DNA of 64,000 nucleotides from Armatimonadota bacterium (lineage in GTDB: Bacteria > Armatimonadota > UBA5829 > DTLH01), in contig JBBRAE010000014.1 in the NCBI GenBank assembly GCA_038207085.1, positions 1 to 64,000 of the forward strand. Reading direction: 5' to 3'. Positions 21,207 to 30,468 of this stretch are shown piece after piece. A program made the position numbers and the translations under genes. Each line of letters starts with the position of its first letter. The first letter of the stretch is position 1. The notes under the pieces were generated by a model. The model made no database searches. It was not told the origin of the DNA and saw nothing but the letters and a program-made list of their open reading frames with translations.

Positions 21207-21211
21207 GTCTG

Positions 21212-22252
21212 ATGTCTTCGGGCCTGTCCATTTTAGTGGTGAAGATGAGTGCAATCGGGGATGTGACGCTTGCTACAGCCGCCGTCCGCGCGCTACGTCG
21301 GCACATCCCTGACGCGCGGATCACGTGGGTCGTCGAACCGAAATCAGCAGGGATCCTTGAGGGGAACCCCGACATCGACGAAGTGGTGCTCTGGCAGCGG
21401 GGCAGGTTCTGGGAATCGGTCAAGTGCGTGATCGGTCTTCGCCGCAGGAAGTTCGACATTGCGCTCGACTTCCAGGGGCTTGCCCGAAGCGGGATCATCA
21501 CGCTTCTCTCCGGCGCAAAGAAGAGGGTGGGCTACGCGGACGGGCGCGAGATGAGCCATCTGGCCTATAACGTGCGCTACGACTGCCCGGAGCGTCCCCA
21601 CGGCAAGCAGTGCGCGCTTGGCATGCTTGAGGCGATTGGCGTCACCCTCGACGAAAGTGACGGGGCGATGCGGGTTGCCGTAAGCGCAGAAGAAAGCGCC
21701 AACGCCGACGACGTGCTCGCGAAAATTGGTGTCCGTCCCGGCGACAGGCTCGCTGCGCTTGTCCCCGCGACCTCGCGGGACTACAAATATTGGCGTGAGG
21801 ACGGCTGGGCCGAGGTCGCAGACAGGTTATGGAATGAGTTTGGGCTGCGGACGATGTTTCTAGGAGCAAAGCTAGACGTGCCGCTCATTCAGGGTATAAT
21901 CGCTCAGACGAGCGCACCTGTTGTGAGCGCTGCGGGGCTTACGTCGCTCAAAATGTCGGCGGTGCTTGTCGCGAAGACCGAGCTTACGGTTGCGGTCGAC
22001 ACAGGGCTTATGCACATCGCGATGGCGCATGAGAAGCCTACGGTTGGGATATTCTCGGTCACGTCTGCGTGGCGCGACCATATCGAGAGCCCGAACTTTC
22101 GCATGATCCGCAAGATCTACGACTGCGTGCCCTGCGGCAGGAGACCGCAGTGCGAGGAATGGAAGTGCATTCGCGATGTCTCCGCTGAGGACGTAATAGC
22201 CGCCGTTCGCGAGCTTTTGCCGCAACACGAGTTGGAGGAAAGTCGGAGTTGA
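21212..22252 (+). CDS. GT9 heptosyltransferase (WaaC/WaaF-like)
   Basis: SAIGDV, ITWVV, LDFQGL.RS, K.W, VDTGLMHIA, C-terminal CxxC cluster. Confidence 0.9.
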   Translation: MSSGLSILVVKMSAIGDVTLATAAVRALRRHIPDARITWVVEPKSAGILEGNPDIDEVVLWQRGRFWESVKCVIGLRRRKFDIALDFQGLARSGIITLLSGAKKRVGYADGREMSHLAYNVRYDCPERPHGKQCALGMLEAIGVTLDESDGAMRVAVSAEESANADDVLAKIGVRPGDRLAALVPATSRDYKYWREDGWAEVADRLWNEFGLRTMFLGAKLDVPLIQGIIAQTSAPVVSAAGLTSLKMSAVLVAKTELTVAVDTGLMHIAMAHEKPTVGIFSVTSAWRDHIESPNFRMIRKIYDCVPCGRRPQCEEWKCIRDVSAEDVIAAVRELLPQHELEESRS

Positions 22253-23376
22253 GTCTCTCCCTTAATACGCTGCACGTCGAAACGGGTCGACACCTCTACG
22301 GCGGCGGTCTGCAGGCTATTTATCTCGCAAGAGGCCTGATGGACCGCGGTCACAGGGCTACACTCGTCTGTGCGGCAGGCAGCGGAATCGAGCAGGAGGC
22401 CAGAGACCGGGGTATTCCGGTTCGCCCGATCAAGATTTTCCACGACGCCGACCTCTGTATTGCCTTTCGCATCCTAAGAGTGATCCGGGGGGAGCGTCCG
22501 CAGGTCGTCCATCTTCACAGCAGGCGAGGCGCGGACCTCTTCGGGGGGATAGCTGCACGGCTGGCGCGGGTGCCGGTTACGGTTCTTTCGCGCCGTGTCG
22601 ATGACCGCGTCCGGCTCGACCCCATCGGCCGCCTGAAGCACCTGGTTTTACCCGACAAAGTGGTTGCCATATCGGGGGGCATCCGGGATGTGTTGATCGA
22701 TTGCGGAGTCCCCGCCGAGCGGGTGGCGCTTGTTCATTCCGGGGTTGTGACCGGTGAGTTTTGCTACGAGCGCGACCGCGCGTGGTTTGCTTCCGAGTTT
22801 GGCGTGCCTGAGGGCGCGCCTGTCATTGGGACGATCGCGCAGTTGATCGAGCGCAAAGGGCACAGGTTTCTATTTCAGGCGGCTGTTGACATCCTACGCG
22901 AGTTTCCCGAGACGCGGTTTTTGATCTTGGGTGAAGGCGCAATGCGGGCGACCCTTGAAGCGATGGCTCGGGACGTCGGAATCTCTGAATCAGTCATATT
23001 TGCAGGTTTTCGAGGTGACATCGCCCGGATTATCCCCTGTCTTGATATCGTCGCTCACCCCGCGCTTCGCGAGGGGCTTGGCGTGAGCCTGCTGCAGGCG
23101 TCGACCTCGGGTGTGGCGATTGTAGGAGCAAACGCGGGCGGGATTCCTGAGATAGTGCACAATGGGGAGACCGGCATTCTGATCGAGCCCGGCGACGCAG
23201 GTGCAATCGCCGACGCGTGTATCAGACTTCTTCGAGACCCGGAGCTTCGTGCGGGGCTTGGGGAGCGCGCACGGGCGATGGTGGAGACCGAGTTTTCGAC
23301 CGAGCAGATGATTGAGGGGAACCTGCGCATCTACCGCGAACTGCTTCAGGGCAAGTGCCCCGGGGAGGTCGCGTAG
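22249..23376 (+). CDS. GT4 glycosyltransferase
   Basis: GGG..Q, RKGH, GFR.D, EGLGVSLLQA, GGIPE. Confidence 0.92.
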   Translation: MSLSLNTLHVETGRHLYGGGLQAIYLARGLMDRGHRATLVCAAGSGIEQEARDRGIPVRPIKIFHDADLCIAFRILRVIRGERPQVVHLHSRRGADLFGGIAARLARVPVTVLSRRVDDRVRLDPIGRLKHLVLPDKVVAISGGIRDVLIDCGVPAERVALVHSGVVTGEFCYERDRAWFASEFGVPEGAPVIGTIAQLIERKGHRFLFQAAVDILREFPETRFLILGEGAMRATLEAMARDVGISESVIFAGFRGDIARIIPCLDIVAHPALREGLGVSLLQASTSGVAIVGANAGGIPEIVHNGETGILIEPGDAGAIADACIRLLRDPELRAGLGERARAMVETEFSTEQMIEGNLRIYRELLQGKCPGEVA

Positions 23377-24429
23377 GTGGGATCCCACAGAGATGTCGGA
23401 CGGGGCGGCTTTCTGCTCTTTAACCTGAGCCACATTGGTGATATTCTCTTCACTACACCGGCGATTCGGGCGATCAAAGAGAGCAACCCCGACTCCCGCG
23501 TCTCGTGCGTCGTGCTTGAGGGGCTTGAGGATGTGTTGCGGCACAACCACTGCGTAGATAGTGTGATCCCCAGACGCCGCGGGCTTACAGGGGGTTTGAG
23601 GCTCCTTGAAATCGCTCGCAGGGGCCGCTTTGACACAAGTCTTGTTTTCTCATTTAGCGCGGTTGACGCTGCTGTGATCGGTATGCTCTCGGGTGCGGAA
23701 AGACGCGTCGGTTTTGACGCAAACGGGCTTGGCAAGTTCATTTCAGAGCCCGTAGCCCTTCGCGCCGATGCCCACCGGGTAGATGCTTATCTGGACCTTG
23801 CGCTTGCGGCTGGAGCTGAAATAACTGCGCCCAGGATGGAGATGTTCTTATCCGACACTGAGCGCAGGTTCGCATCAGATCTGCTTGCGTCGCACTCGCT
23901 TGACCCGACGCGCCCGATTGTGGCGCTTAGCCCCGGTTCGACTGTTGCGGCCAAGCAGTGGTTCCCGGAGCGCTATGCGGCGCTTGCCGACCGCTTTGCG
24001 GCAGAAGGGTTCAGTGTTGTGGTCGTCGGAAGCGCAAGTGAGCGCCCGAGCGTTGAGGAGGTCATTCATCACGCAAGCGGCAACATCGTGAACCTCGCTG
24101 GGCGCACCAAGATCGCTGAGCTTGCAGCGGTGCTCGAGCGCTGCGCGATTGTGGTGACGAATGACACCGGCCCGCTTCATATCGCGGTCTCGGTCGGGAC
24201 CCCGGTTACGGCGATTTTTGGCCCGACGGACCCGCGTGTCACTGGTCCTTATACTTCCGACTCGGTCGTGATCTGGGAGAAGCTCGATTGCTTCCCCTGC
24301 GGGTACTCCAGGGACTGCTCGCGGGAGTGTATGGCGGCGGTGACGGTGGATAGAGTATTTCGAGAATCGATGAATTTGATAGATCGGGAGGGGAGAGTCA
24401 GACTTTGGCGAGAATTTCGGTCTTTGTGA
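23377..24429 (+). CDS. GT9 heptosyltransferase (WaaF/WaaQ-like)
   Basis: HIGDIL..TP, PG....AKQW, LAGRT, NDTGPLHIA, IFGPT. Confidence 0.9.
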   Translation: MGSHRDVGRGGFLLFNLSHIGDILFTTPAIRAIKESNPDSRVSCVVLEGLEDVLRHNHCVDSVIPRRRGLTGGLRLLEIARRGRFDTSLVFSFSAVDAAVIGMLSGAERRVGFDANGLGKFISEPVALRADAHRVDAYLDLALAAGAEITAPRMEMFLSDTERRFASDLLASHSLDPTRPIVALSPGSTVAAKQWFPERYAALADRFAAEGFSVVVVGSASERPSVEEVIHHASGNIVNLAGRTKIAELAAVLERCAIVVTNDTGPLHIAVSVGTPVTAIFGPTDPRVTGPYTSDSVVIWEKLDCFPCGYSRDCSRECMAAVTVDRVFRESMNLIDREGRVRLWREFRSL

Positions 24430-25175
24430 TTACCAAGAACGAAGAGGCGCGGATCAAGAGGTGCCTTGAGTCGGTTTCATGGGCTGATGAGCTTGTTGTG
24501 GTCGACTCCGGTAGCACCGACGGCACCGAGCGGGCGTGCCTGGAGTTCACCGATCGTTTCATTTATAACGATTGGGTCAACTCAAACCGCCAGAAGCAGT
24601 TCGCGCTTGAACAGTGTTCTTATGACTGGGTGCTGAGTATCGACGCTGATGAGGTCGTTTCCCTGGAGATGCGCAGGGCTATCAAAGAACTGCTCTCGGG
24701 CAAGCCCTCCAAGGTCGGCTACAAGGTTCTGCGGCGAAACTACTACAGGGAAAGGCTCGTAGACTTCGGTGTGATGCACTCAAAGCCGGAGCTCAGGCTA
24801 TTTCGTCGGGATGCGGGGCGATTTGCTCCGCGCGCAGTGCATGACAAGGTGGTTCTCGATGGCCCCAGCGGGCAGATCGGGGGGTATCTTGAGCACTACA
24901 ACATAACCAGCTTGTCTCTGTGGGTGGAGAAGAATATACGCTACGGAAAAGTGAGCGCCGAGGACGATTTTGCGCGCGGCAAGAGAGTCACCTGGCGGCA
25001 TTTCGCGGCGCTTCCGAGTCTCTTCCTGCGACGGTATTTTCTGTGGAAAGGTATCTTGCACGGGGTGCTCGGCTTCTACTTTTCGGCTATGCCGGTGTTC
25101 TTCCGGCTGCACCAGTATTCCATAATGTGGGAGCTGCAACAGAATACGAAAGCAAAGGATTCCGATGGCATCTAA
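24405..25175 (+). CDS. GT2 glycosyltransferase (WaaE/LgtF-like)
   Basis: ITKNEE..I..CLESV.WADE.VVVDSGSTD, WVL.IDADE, LRLF, VHD. Confidence 0.9.
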   Translation: MARISVFVITKNEEARIKRCLESVSWADELVVVDSGSTDGTERACLEFTDRFIYNDWVNSNRQKQFALEQCSYDWVLSIDADEVVSLEMRRAIKELLSGKPSKVGYKVLRRNYYRERLVDFGVMHSKPELRLFRRDAGRFAPRAVHDKVVLDGPSGQIGGYLEHYNITSLSLWVEKNIRYGKVSAEDDFARGKRVTWRHFAALPSLFLRRYFLWKGILHGVLGFYFSAMPVFFRLHQYSIMWELQQNTKAKDSDGI

Positions 25176-26121
25176 GTTTGAAGAGTTCGACTGTTCGAGA
25201 TTACATACGCATTCCGTCGCCGGGAGCGCCCGCAAGGTGGAGATCGACAACTCTGCATCCGTATGGAATGCAGGTGGCGGCGCACGCGCGCTTATCGACT
25301 CTATGCCCGATATTCTGGCAGGCCGAGACATAAAAGCCGCCGTCGCCGCGATCGTCGACGCTGCAAAAAACGGTCGCCCCGTGATGCTCTCGATGGGCGC
25401 GCATGTGATCAAGTGCGGCTTGAGCCCACTCGTCGCAGATCTCGTCCGTCGGGGTGTTGTCACCTCCATTGCTCTAAACGGTGCGGGGGCGATCCACGAC
25501 ACGGAAATCGCGCTTTTTGGTATGACCTCGGAAGACGTCGTCGCGGGCCTGAGAGACGGAAGCTTCGGGATGGGGCGCGAGACGGCCGATGTGGTGAACT
25601 CGGCAGCTGTTCGAGGCAAGAGTGAGGGGTGGGGGCTTGGGGAGGCCGTCGGCAACGCGCTTGTCGAGTCAGACGCGCCGCACAGTGACCTCAGCCTGCT
25701 CGCAACAGCCTTAACTCAGGGGATTCCCGCGACTGTTCACGTCGCCCTCGGGACCGATATCGTGCACATGCACCCCTCGGTCGATGGAAGCGCGATAGGC
25801 GACTGCTCTTTGCGCGATTTTCGCATATTTGCTTCACGCGTCGAGGATCTTGCGCGCCGGGGTGGGGTGCTACTGAACGTCGGCTCTGCCGTTTTGCTTC
25901 CAGAGGTCGCGCTGAAGTCGTTTTCGATGGCGGCCAACGTCGGGTGCAGCCTTGATAATGTTTTTGCAATAAACTTGGACTTTCTGCGGCAGTACAGGGC
26001 CGAGCAACAGATCGTGATACGCGTTCGGGCGCTTGGTGGACGCGCCGTGTCGCTCACCGGACATCACGAAATCATGCTCCCGCTCATTGCCGCGGCTGTT
26101 ATTGAATCTCTGGGATTGTGA
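25165..26121 (+). CDS. Conserved hypothetical with deoxyhypusine-synthase-like fold
   Basis: GAHVIKCGL, NGAGAIHD.E.A, G.FGM..ET, GTDI.H.HP, GSAV.LPEV.LK, GHHEIM.P. Confidence 0.7.
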   Translation: MASKFEEFDCSRLHTHSVAGSARKVEIDNSASVWNAGGGARALIDSMPDILAGRDIKAAVAAIVDAAKNGRPVMLSMGAHVIKCGLSPLVADLVRRGVVTSIALNGAGAIHDTEIALFGMTSEDVVAGLRDGSFGMGRETADVVNSAAVRGKSEGWGLGEAVGNALVESDAPHSDLSLLATALTQGIPATVHVALGTDIVHMHPSVDGSAIGDCSLRDFRIFASRVEDLARRGGVLLNVGSAVLLPEVALKSFSMAANVGCSLDNVFAINLDFLRQYRAEQQIVIRVRALGGRAVSLTGHHEIMLPLIAAAVIESLGL

Positions 26122-26178
26122 TGAAGACTCTCGCAGCGCACAAACCCGCGCCGCTGTCGTCATCATCACAACGGGAAC

Positions 26179-26210
26179 GTAAATGGCAGAAAGCGCCATT
26201 TACAAGGGAG
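26179..26210 (+). repeat. GTAAATGGC-N7-GCCATTTAC hairpin repeat before an SD (copy 2)
   Basis: Perfect 9-bp inverted repeat, then AAGGGAGG and TTG 26218. Confidence 0.78.
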
Positions 26211-26217
26211 GATTGTA

Positions 26218-27204
26218 TTGTTGGATAGTCTCTCGGGCGTGCTTGGAAGGTTTGATGGGTTGAGGGTGCTTGTGGTCGGCGATCTTATGGTCGACGAGCA
26301 CATCTGGGGGTCGGCGAGCAGGTTGTCTCCTGAAGCCCCGGTGCTTGTGGTGGACGCAAGCGGCGACCCGGAGATCAGGCCAGGCGGAGCGGCGAACGTC
26401 GCGAACAATATCGTGGCCCTCGGCGGGCACGCGTCGATCATAGGTGTGGTCGGAAGCGACTCCTACGGCGACGAGCTCGAGCGTCAGCTCAGGGATGCGG
26501 GTGTGGACACGAGCGGAGTCATCGTCGACGACTCCCGGGTCACATCACGCAAGACCCGCATCTGGGTTTCGCACCGCCAGCAAGTCGTCCGCGTTGATCG
26601 GGAGGACCGCGAGCCTCTGTCAGACTCCATTGCAGAGCGGCTTCTCTCCGAAGTCGCAAGCCACTTGGGCGAGTGCGACGCGGTGATATTTTCCGACTAC
26701 AACAAGGGTGTGATGGTCCCCTCAATCGCGGTGCGGGCGGTAGAGCTCGCCCGGGCGATGGGCAGGGTCTGCACAGTTAACCCGAAACCCATGAACGTGC
26801 GCGGTTTCAAGGGAGCCGGGACGATTATGCTGAACCACTCCGAGGCCGAAGCGGCCGTTGGGTGCAAGCTCGACTCCGAGGACTCCGTCATGGATGCGGG
26901 CCGCTCGATGCTCGCCGAGCTCGATGCCGGATGTATCGTCGTTACTCGCGGCTCGGTGGGGCTGAGCGTATTTTGTCCGGGCTCGTCCGTCACTATCCCT
27001 GCGCAATCGGTTGAAGTATACGACGTCGCGGGCGCGGGTGATACTGTGATAAGTGCGATCACGCTCGCACTTGCCGCTGGCGCTCATCATGAGCAGGCGG
27101 CGATGGTGGGGAACCTTGCGGGCGGCGCGGCAGTCAGAAAAGTAGGGGTTGCTGCGGTGACCAGAAAAGAGATCGTTGCTTTGGCGCAGGCTCAGCATGA
27201 ATGA
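26218..27204 (+). CDS. rfaE1: D-glycero-manno-heptose-7-phosphate kinase (PfkB family, RfaE domain I)
   Basis: VGDLMVD, RLSPEAPV, GGAANVA.N, KTRI, SDYNKG, DVAGAGDTV. Confidence 0.93.
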   Translation: MLDSLSGVLGRFDGLRVLVVGDLMVDEHIWGSASRLSPEAPVLVVDASGDPEIRPGGAANVANNIVALGGHASIIGVVGSDSYGDELERQLRDAGVDTSGVIVDDSRVTSRKTRIWVSHRQQVVRVDREDREPLSDSIAERLLSEVASHLGECDAVIFSDYNKGVMVPSIAVRAVELARAMGRVCTVNPKPMNVRGFKGAGTIMLNHSEAEAAVGCKLDSEDSVMDAGRSMLAELDAGCIVVTRGSVGLSVFCPGSSVTIPAQSVEVYDVAGAGDTVISAITLALAAGAHHEQAAMVGNLAGGAAVRKVGVAAVTRKEIVALAQAQHE

Positions 27205-28057
27205 TATTTCACAACTTGGAGATGCTCAAAAGTCGGGCCGGGATATTTGGGTCCCGGTCGCGATACTGCTCGTTCTTATCGCGATTTGGGCGAACTCCAC
27301 TCCGGTCGTCGAGCCTGGGGTAAGAAAGTCGCTCGCGCGGGCCGGGCGACACCTCGCCGCGGGTATGATTCCTGCCGCTGACAGAGATATCGCCTCAGCT
27401 TTCAACTCCTCACGCCACAAGATCCGCACCTACGAGCTTGCCACAACCATTCTGCGCCGTCCCTCGCGCGTGCCGGACTCGGTGGTCGCCGACCGCATCG
27501 CCTCGCTGTCCCGTCAGATGATCGTTTTGGACGAGCGCGGCAAGCTGGAGCGGCGCCTTTCTGAAAATGAGATGAGGAGCATCCTTTCGACCTACATGCT
27601 GAGCTCGTTTACGCTGGGGCGAAAGGGAGAGGTCCTGGATGCTGCCGAGCGTGCGTATCGACTGTGGCCGAACGAGCCTATGACACTAAACGACCTCGGG
27701 TATTTTCTGGCCGATTACGACGTGGATATCGACCGCGCCGAAAGCCTGATAAAGCGGGCGCTCGAGTTGTCCACTGGCAGTTCGACGGAGGCTTCTGTCA
27801 CCGATAGTCTGGGTTGGGTATATTATCGCCAGAAAAAATATGAAGAGGCCGTGATAGCGCTTCAAAAGGCTGTGAAGCTTGCCCCCGGTAGTGCTGAGAT
27901 CAGATATCACCTCGGGTGCGCATATTTGGACTCCGGTGACGATATTCGTGCAGAAATAGAGTTCAAGAAAGCGCTTGCATGCGGTGACGAGTTCGACATA
28001 CATTCCCGTGTATTGGACAGTCTGAAGAAGATGAGTTACAAAATACACAGAGTATGA
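27197..28057 (+). CDS. Membrane-anchored TPR protein
   Basis: N-terminal TM, LNDLGY.LAD, DSLGWVYY, YHLG TPR motifs. Confidence 0.85.
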   Translation: MNDISQLGDAQKSGRDIWVPVAILLVLIAIWANSTPVVEPGVRKSLARAGRHLAAGMIPAADRDIASAFNSSRHKIRTYELATTILRRPSRVPDSVVADRIASLSRQMIVLDERGKLERRLSENEMRSILSTYMLSSFTLGRKGEVLDAAERAYRLWPNEPMTLNDLGYFLADYDVDIDRAESLIKRALELSTGSSTEASVTDSLGWVYYRQKKYEEAVIALQKAVKLAPGSAEIRYHLGCAYLDSGDDIRAEIEFKKALACGDEFDIHSRVLDSLKKMSYKIHRV

Positions 28058-28105
28058 GTGGCAATGATCTTAAGATAACCAAGTAGAAATATTGCAGCAA
28101 TGTAG

Positions 28106-28135
28106 TTGACATACTGGCGAAAGTGGTGGTACAAT
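28106..28135 (+). promoter_or_regulatory. Sigma70 promoter of csp
   Basis: TTGACA-18 nt-TACAAT with TGn extended -10. Confidence 0.75.
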
Positions 28136-28190
28136 CTGTCGCACATGAGTGCTTGCATGCTATGGCGAGAGATGGAGGGGTTTTACCACT

Positions 28191-28412
28191 ATGATCGTTG
28201 AAACAGCAGTTCTACAAACCGGACGAGTCAAATGGTTCGATAACAGCAAAGGGTATGGCTTTATCGAACTCGAAGGTGAGCGGGATGTATTCGTTCACTT
28301 CAGCGCGATTCAGAATGATGGCTACAAGACATTGAGCGAGGGCCAGGCGGTTCAGTTCGAGGTTGTTGACGGGGATAAAGGCCCACAGGCTACGAACGTT
28401 TCGTTAATCTGA
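28191..28412 (+). CDS. csp: Cold-shock protein
   Basis: [31 protein letters not shown]. Confidence 0.97.
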   Translation: MIVETAVLQTGRVKWFDNSKGYGFIELEGERDVFVHFSAIQNDGYKTLSEGQAVQFEVVDGDKGPQATNVSLI

Positions 28413-28437
28413 AGCACGAGACTCAAAATAACTCTAT

Positions 28438-28468
28438 AGGCGCGGCAGAACATCGCCGCGCCTCTTCT
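28438..28468 (+). terminator. Probable terminator after csp
   Basis: AGGCGCGGC-N8-GCCGCGCCT with a weak U tail. Confidence 0.5.
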
Positions 28469-28523
28469 GAAAATCTCCCCTGCTCGACGGCGCTATGTGC
28501 GCCATCTCTTAATGGTCTATCGC

Positions 28524-28739
28524 GGCGCAAGCGCCACTGTGACAGCAGCCAAAGGCTGCGAAAGGGCTGGCGCGGATAGCTCCACTGGAAATCTTCCCGC
28601 GAATTTGTGTTCGACCAGGGAGGATAAGACCCCTGGTTCGGCGAAATATGTTGATAGACTGACATTAGCCAACGGCGCAACGTGCGCCACTGTGACAGCA
28701 GTCTTTGGCTGCGAAAGGGCTGGCGCGTAGCGCCACTGG
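28524..28739 (+). repeat. Tandem pair of ~44-65 nt structured repeats (candidate cis-regulatory RNA or REP-like element)
   Basis: GCGCCACTGTGACAGCAG(CCAAA/TCTTT)GGCTGCGAAAGGGCTGGCGCG at 28531-28574 and 28684-28727. Confidence 0.8.
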
Positions 28740-28757
28740 GCAAGGGGGACTACTGAA

Positions 28758-29723
28758 ATGGTGCTTTCAACTCGGCGTTTCCGGCCGATGAACTTCACCG
28801 ACATTCTCGATGAGACGTTCGACCTGTTCAAAAGCAACCTCGTGGTGCTCGTCGGCATCGCCGCCGCGTTTTACATTCCCGTCTATGTTCTTCAAGGGGC
28901 AGTAGTCGGCCCGATGTTGGCCAATATTCAGGCTGGTAGCAAAGGCGCGCCGGTCGGGGATACAACGGCGATGTTGTCTCGCTATATGATGGGCCAGATG
29001 CCAATCGGCATACTGATGCTGCTCGCATACTGTGTTGTCACAGGCGCGGTGAGCTACGCCGTTTCTCAGAGGTACCTCGGCGAACCAGCGACGATCGGTT
29101 CGTCGTATTCTGCAGTTTTCAAGCGTTTCGGCGCTCTTCTGGGGACGCTAATCCTTTCCGGCATTGTTTCGTTTGCTCCGTTGTTTGTCATCCTGGTGAT
29201 TTCGGGGATACTTTTTGCTGCGGGTGGAGCGATTGGTATAGTTGCTGGCGTGATTCTGTGTATCGCGGCAGTAGTGTTCATGGTCATGTCCGCGGTGCGC
29301 TTTTCTTTTGTCGTTCCATCCGTTGTTGTCGAAGGTCGTGCCCACAGCGACGCCCTCAGGCGAAGCTGGAACCTGATCAACGGCTACGCAGGCAAAGTGA
29401 TTGGAACGAGCATTGTCGTTAGCTTGGTCGTGAGCATAATCGCCGGGGTTGCAACCGCTGCGGTGGGGCAGTTGATCGGTTTTGTAGCTCCTCTGACGAG
29501 TGTCACCGCCCAGACTATAATCGGCCTCGTGAACGGAGTCGTCGCCGCGTTTTTGAACCCCATCGGCTCGATCGTCGTCGTGCTGCTATACTATGATGTG
29601 CGCATCCGCAAGGAAGGGTTTGACCTGCAGATGCTTGCCCGCGATCTCGCTATTTCGAGCGGACAGCCGGTTCCCGAATCTGAGCCGCAGCCCGTAGATC
29701 ACACGGAAAGCCCTAAGTATTAG
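28758..29723 (+). CDS. Integral membrane protein of MoxR operons (GDPD-membrane-domain-like)
   Basis: RPM...ILDETF.LF, V.VEG....ALRRSW.L, LLYYD.RIRKEGFDL. Confidence 0.8.
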   Translation: MVLSTRRFRPMNFTDILDETFDLFKSNLVVLVGIAAAFYIPVYVLQGAVVGPMLANIQAGSKGAPVGDTTAMLSRYMMGQMPIGILMLLAYCVVTGAVSYAVSQRYLGEPATIGSSYSAVFKRFGALLGTLILSGIVSFAPLFVILVISGILFAAGGAIGIVAGVILCIAAVVFMVMSAVRFSFVVPSVVVEGRAHSDALRRSWNLINGYAGKVIGTSIVVSLVVSIIAGVATAAVGQLIGFVAPLTSVTAQTIIGLVNGVVAAFLNPIGSIVVVLLYYDVRIRKEGFDLQMLARDLAISSGQPVPESEPQPVDHTESPKY

Positions 29724-29727
29724 CTCC

Positions 29728-30468
29728 ATGCGAGGATTTTATCTTGTCGCGATTGTATTTCTCGGGCTGCTTAGTTTGGCCTGTCCCTCCGTCGCAAAGA
29801 GGAGGAGCGTGGCCGAGCCTGTCCCCGCGTACGTGATCGCGCCTTCTGAGAAAGTCGCCTACGTTGGAGGCGAGGAACGCAAGGCCGAGATGAGGGAAAT
29901 ACTCTCGCGCAGGGAGTTTGCCGGTTCGGACTCGTCGATCATCGACCTCGTTAGCTCATGGATAAAGCGCGCGCTCGGCGGCCTGTTTGGAAGCGGGCTC
30001 GACGCGATTCCAAGCTCAAAAGCCGTGTCGGTGACCCTTGCGGTGATTGTTCTCGGCGCGTTTCTCGTGATACTCGCCCTGGTGCTCGCCAGACTCGGGT
30101 TTGGAATGTCCTCGACCTTTGAAGAAGAGACCTCCGACCTTTACGCAGGCCCCAACTCGCCCCGACTTGCGCTCGATGATGCCGCCAAAGCGGCCTCAGA
30201 TGGTGACTTCCGAAGCGCCATCCGCCTGGTGTACCTCGCAGTGCTTCTCAGGCTCGACGAACGCGAGATGATCCGGTTTGACCGCACCGGGACCAACTGG
30301 GAGTACCTGGCGACGCTTAGAAAGCGACCCGCGATCTACACCGTTCTTCGTCCCGCGACTACGCTTTTTGACCGCAAGTGGTATGGTCACGAGTCTGCGA
30401 TATCAAGCGACTACGAGACGCTTCTCGACACCTACGGCAAGGTGGAATCGGCTGAGGTGGCGGAATGA
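29728..30468 (+). CDS. DUF4129 domain protein
   Basis: GDFR.AIR..YLA.L..LD, TNWEY, FDRKWYG. Confidence 0.85.
   Translation: MRGFYLVAIVFLGLLSLACPSVAKRRSVAEPVPAYVIAPSEKVAYVGGEERKAEMREILSRREFAGSDSSIIDLVSSWIKRALGGLFGSGLDAIPSSKAVSVTLAVIVLGAFLVILALVLARLGFGMSSTFEEETSDLYAGPNSPRLALDDAAKAASDGDFRSAIRLVYLAVLLRLDEREMIRFDRTGTNWEYLATLRKRPAIYTVLRPATTLFDRKWYGHESAISSDYETLLDTYGKVESAEVAE

Noticed and set aside
28524..28739. Known riboswitch (cobalamin, c-di-GMP, glycine) or hammerhead ribozyme
   Set aside because: GCCACTG and GAAA occur, but the B12 box, the GGCAAAC/GACGCAAAGC, CTCTCAGG and CUGAnGA cores are absent
28524..28739. CRISPR array
   Set aside because: Only two repeats, ~110-nt spacer, no cas genes
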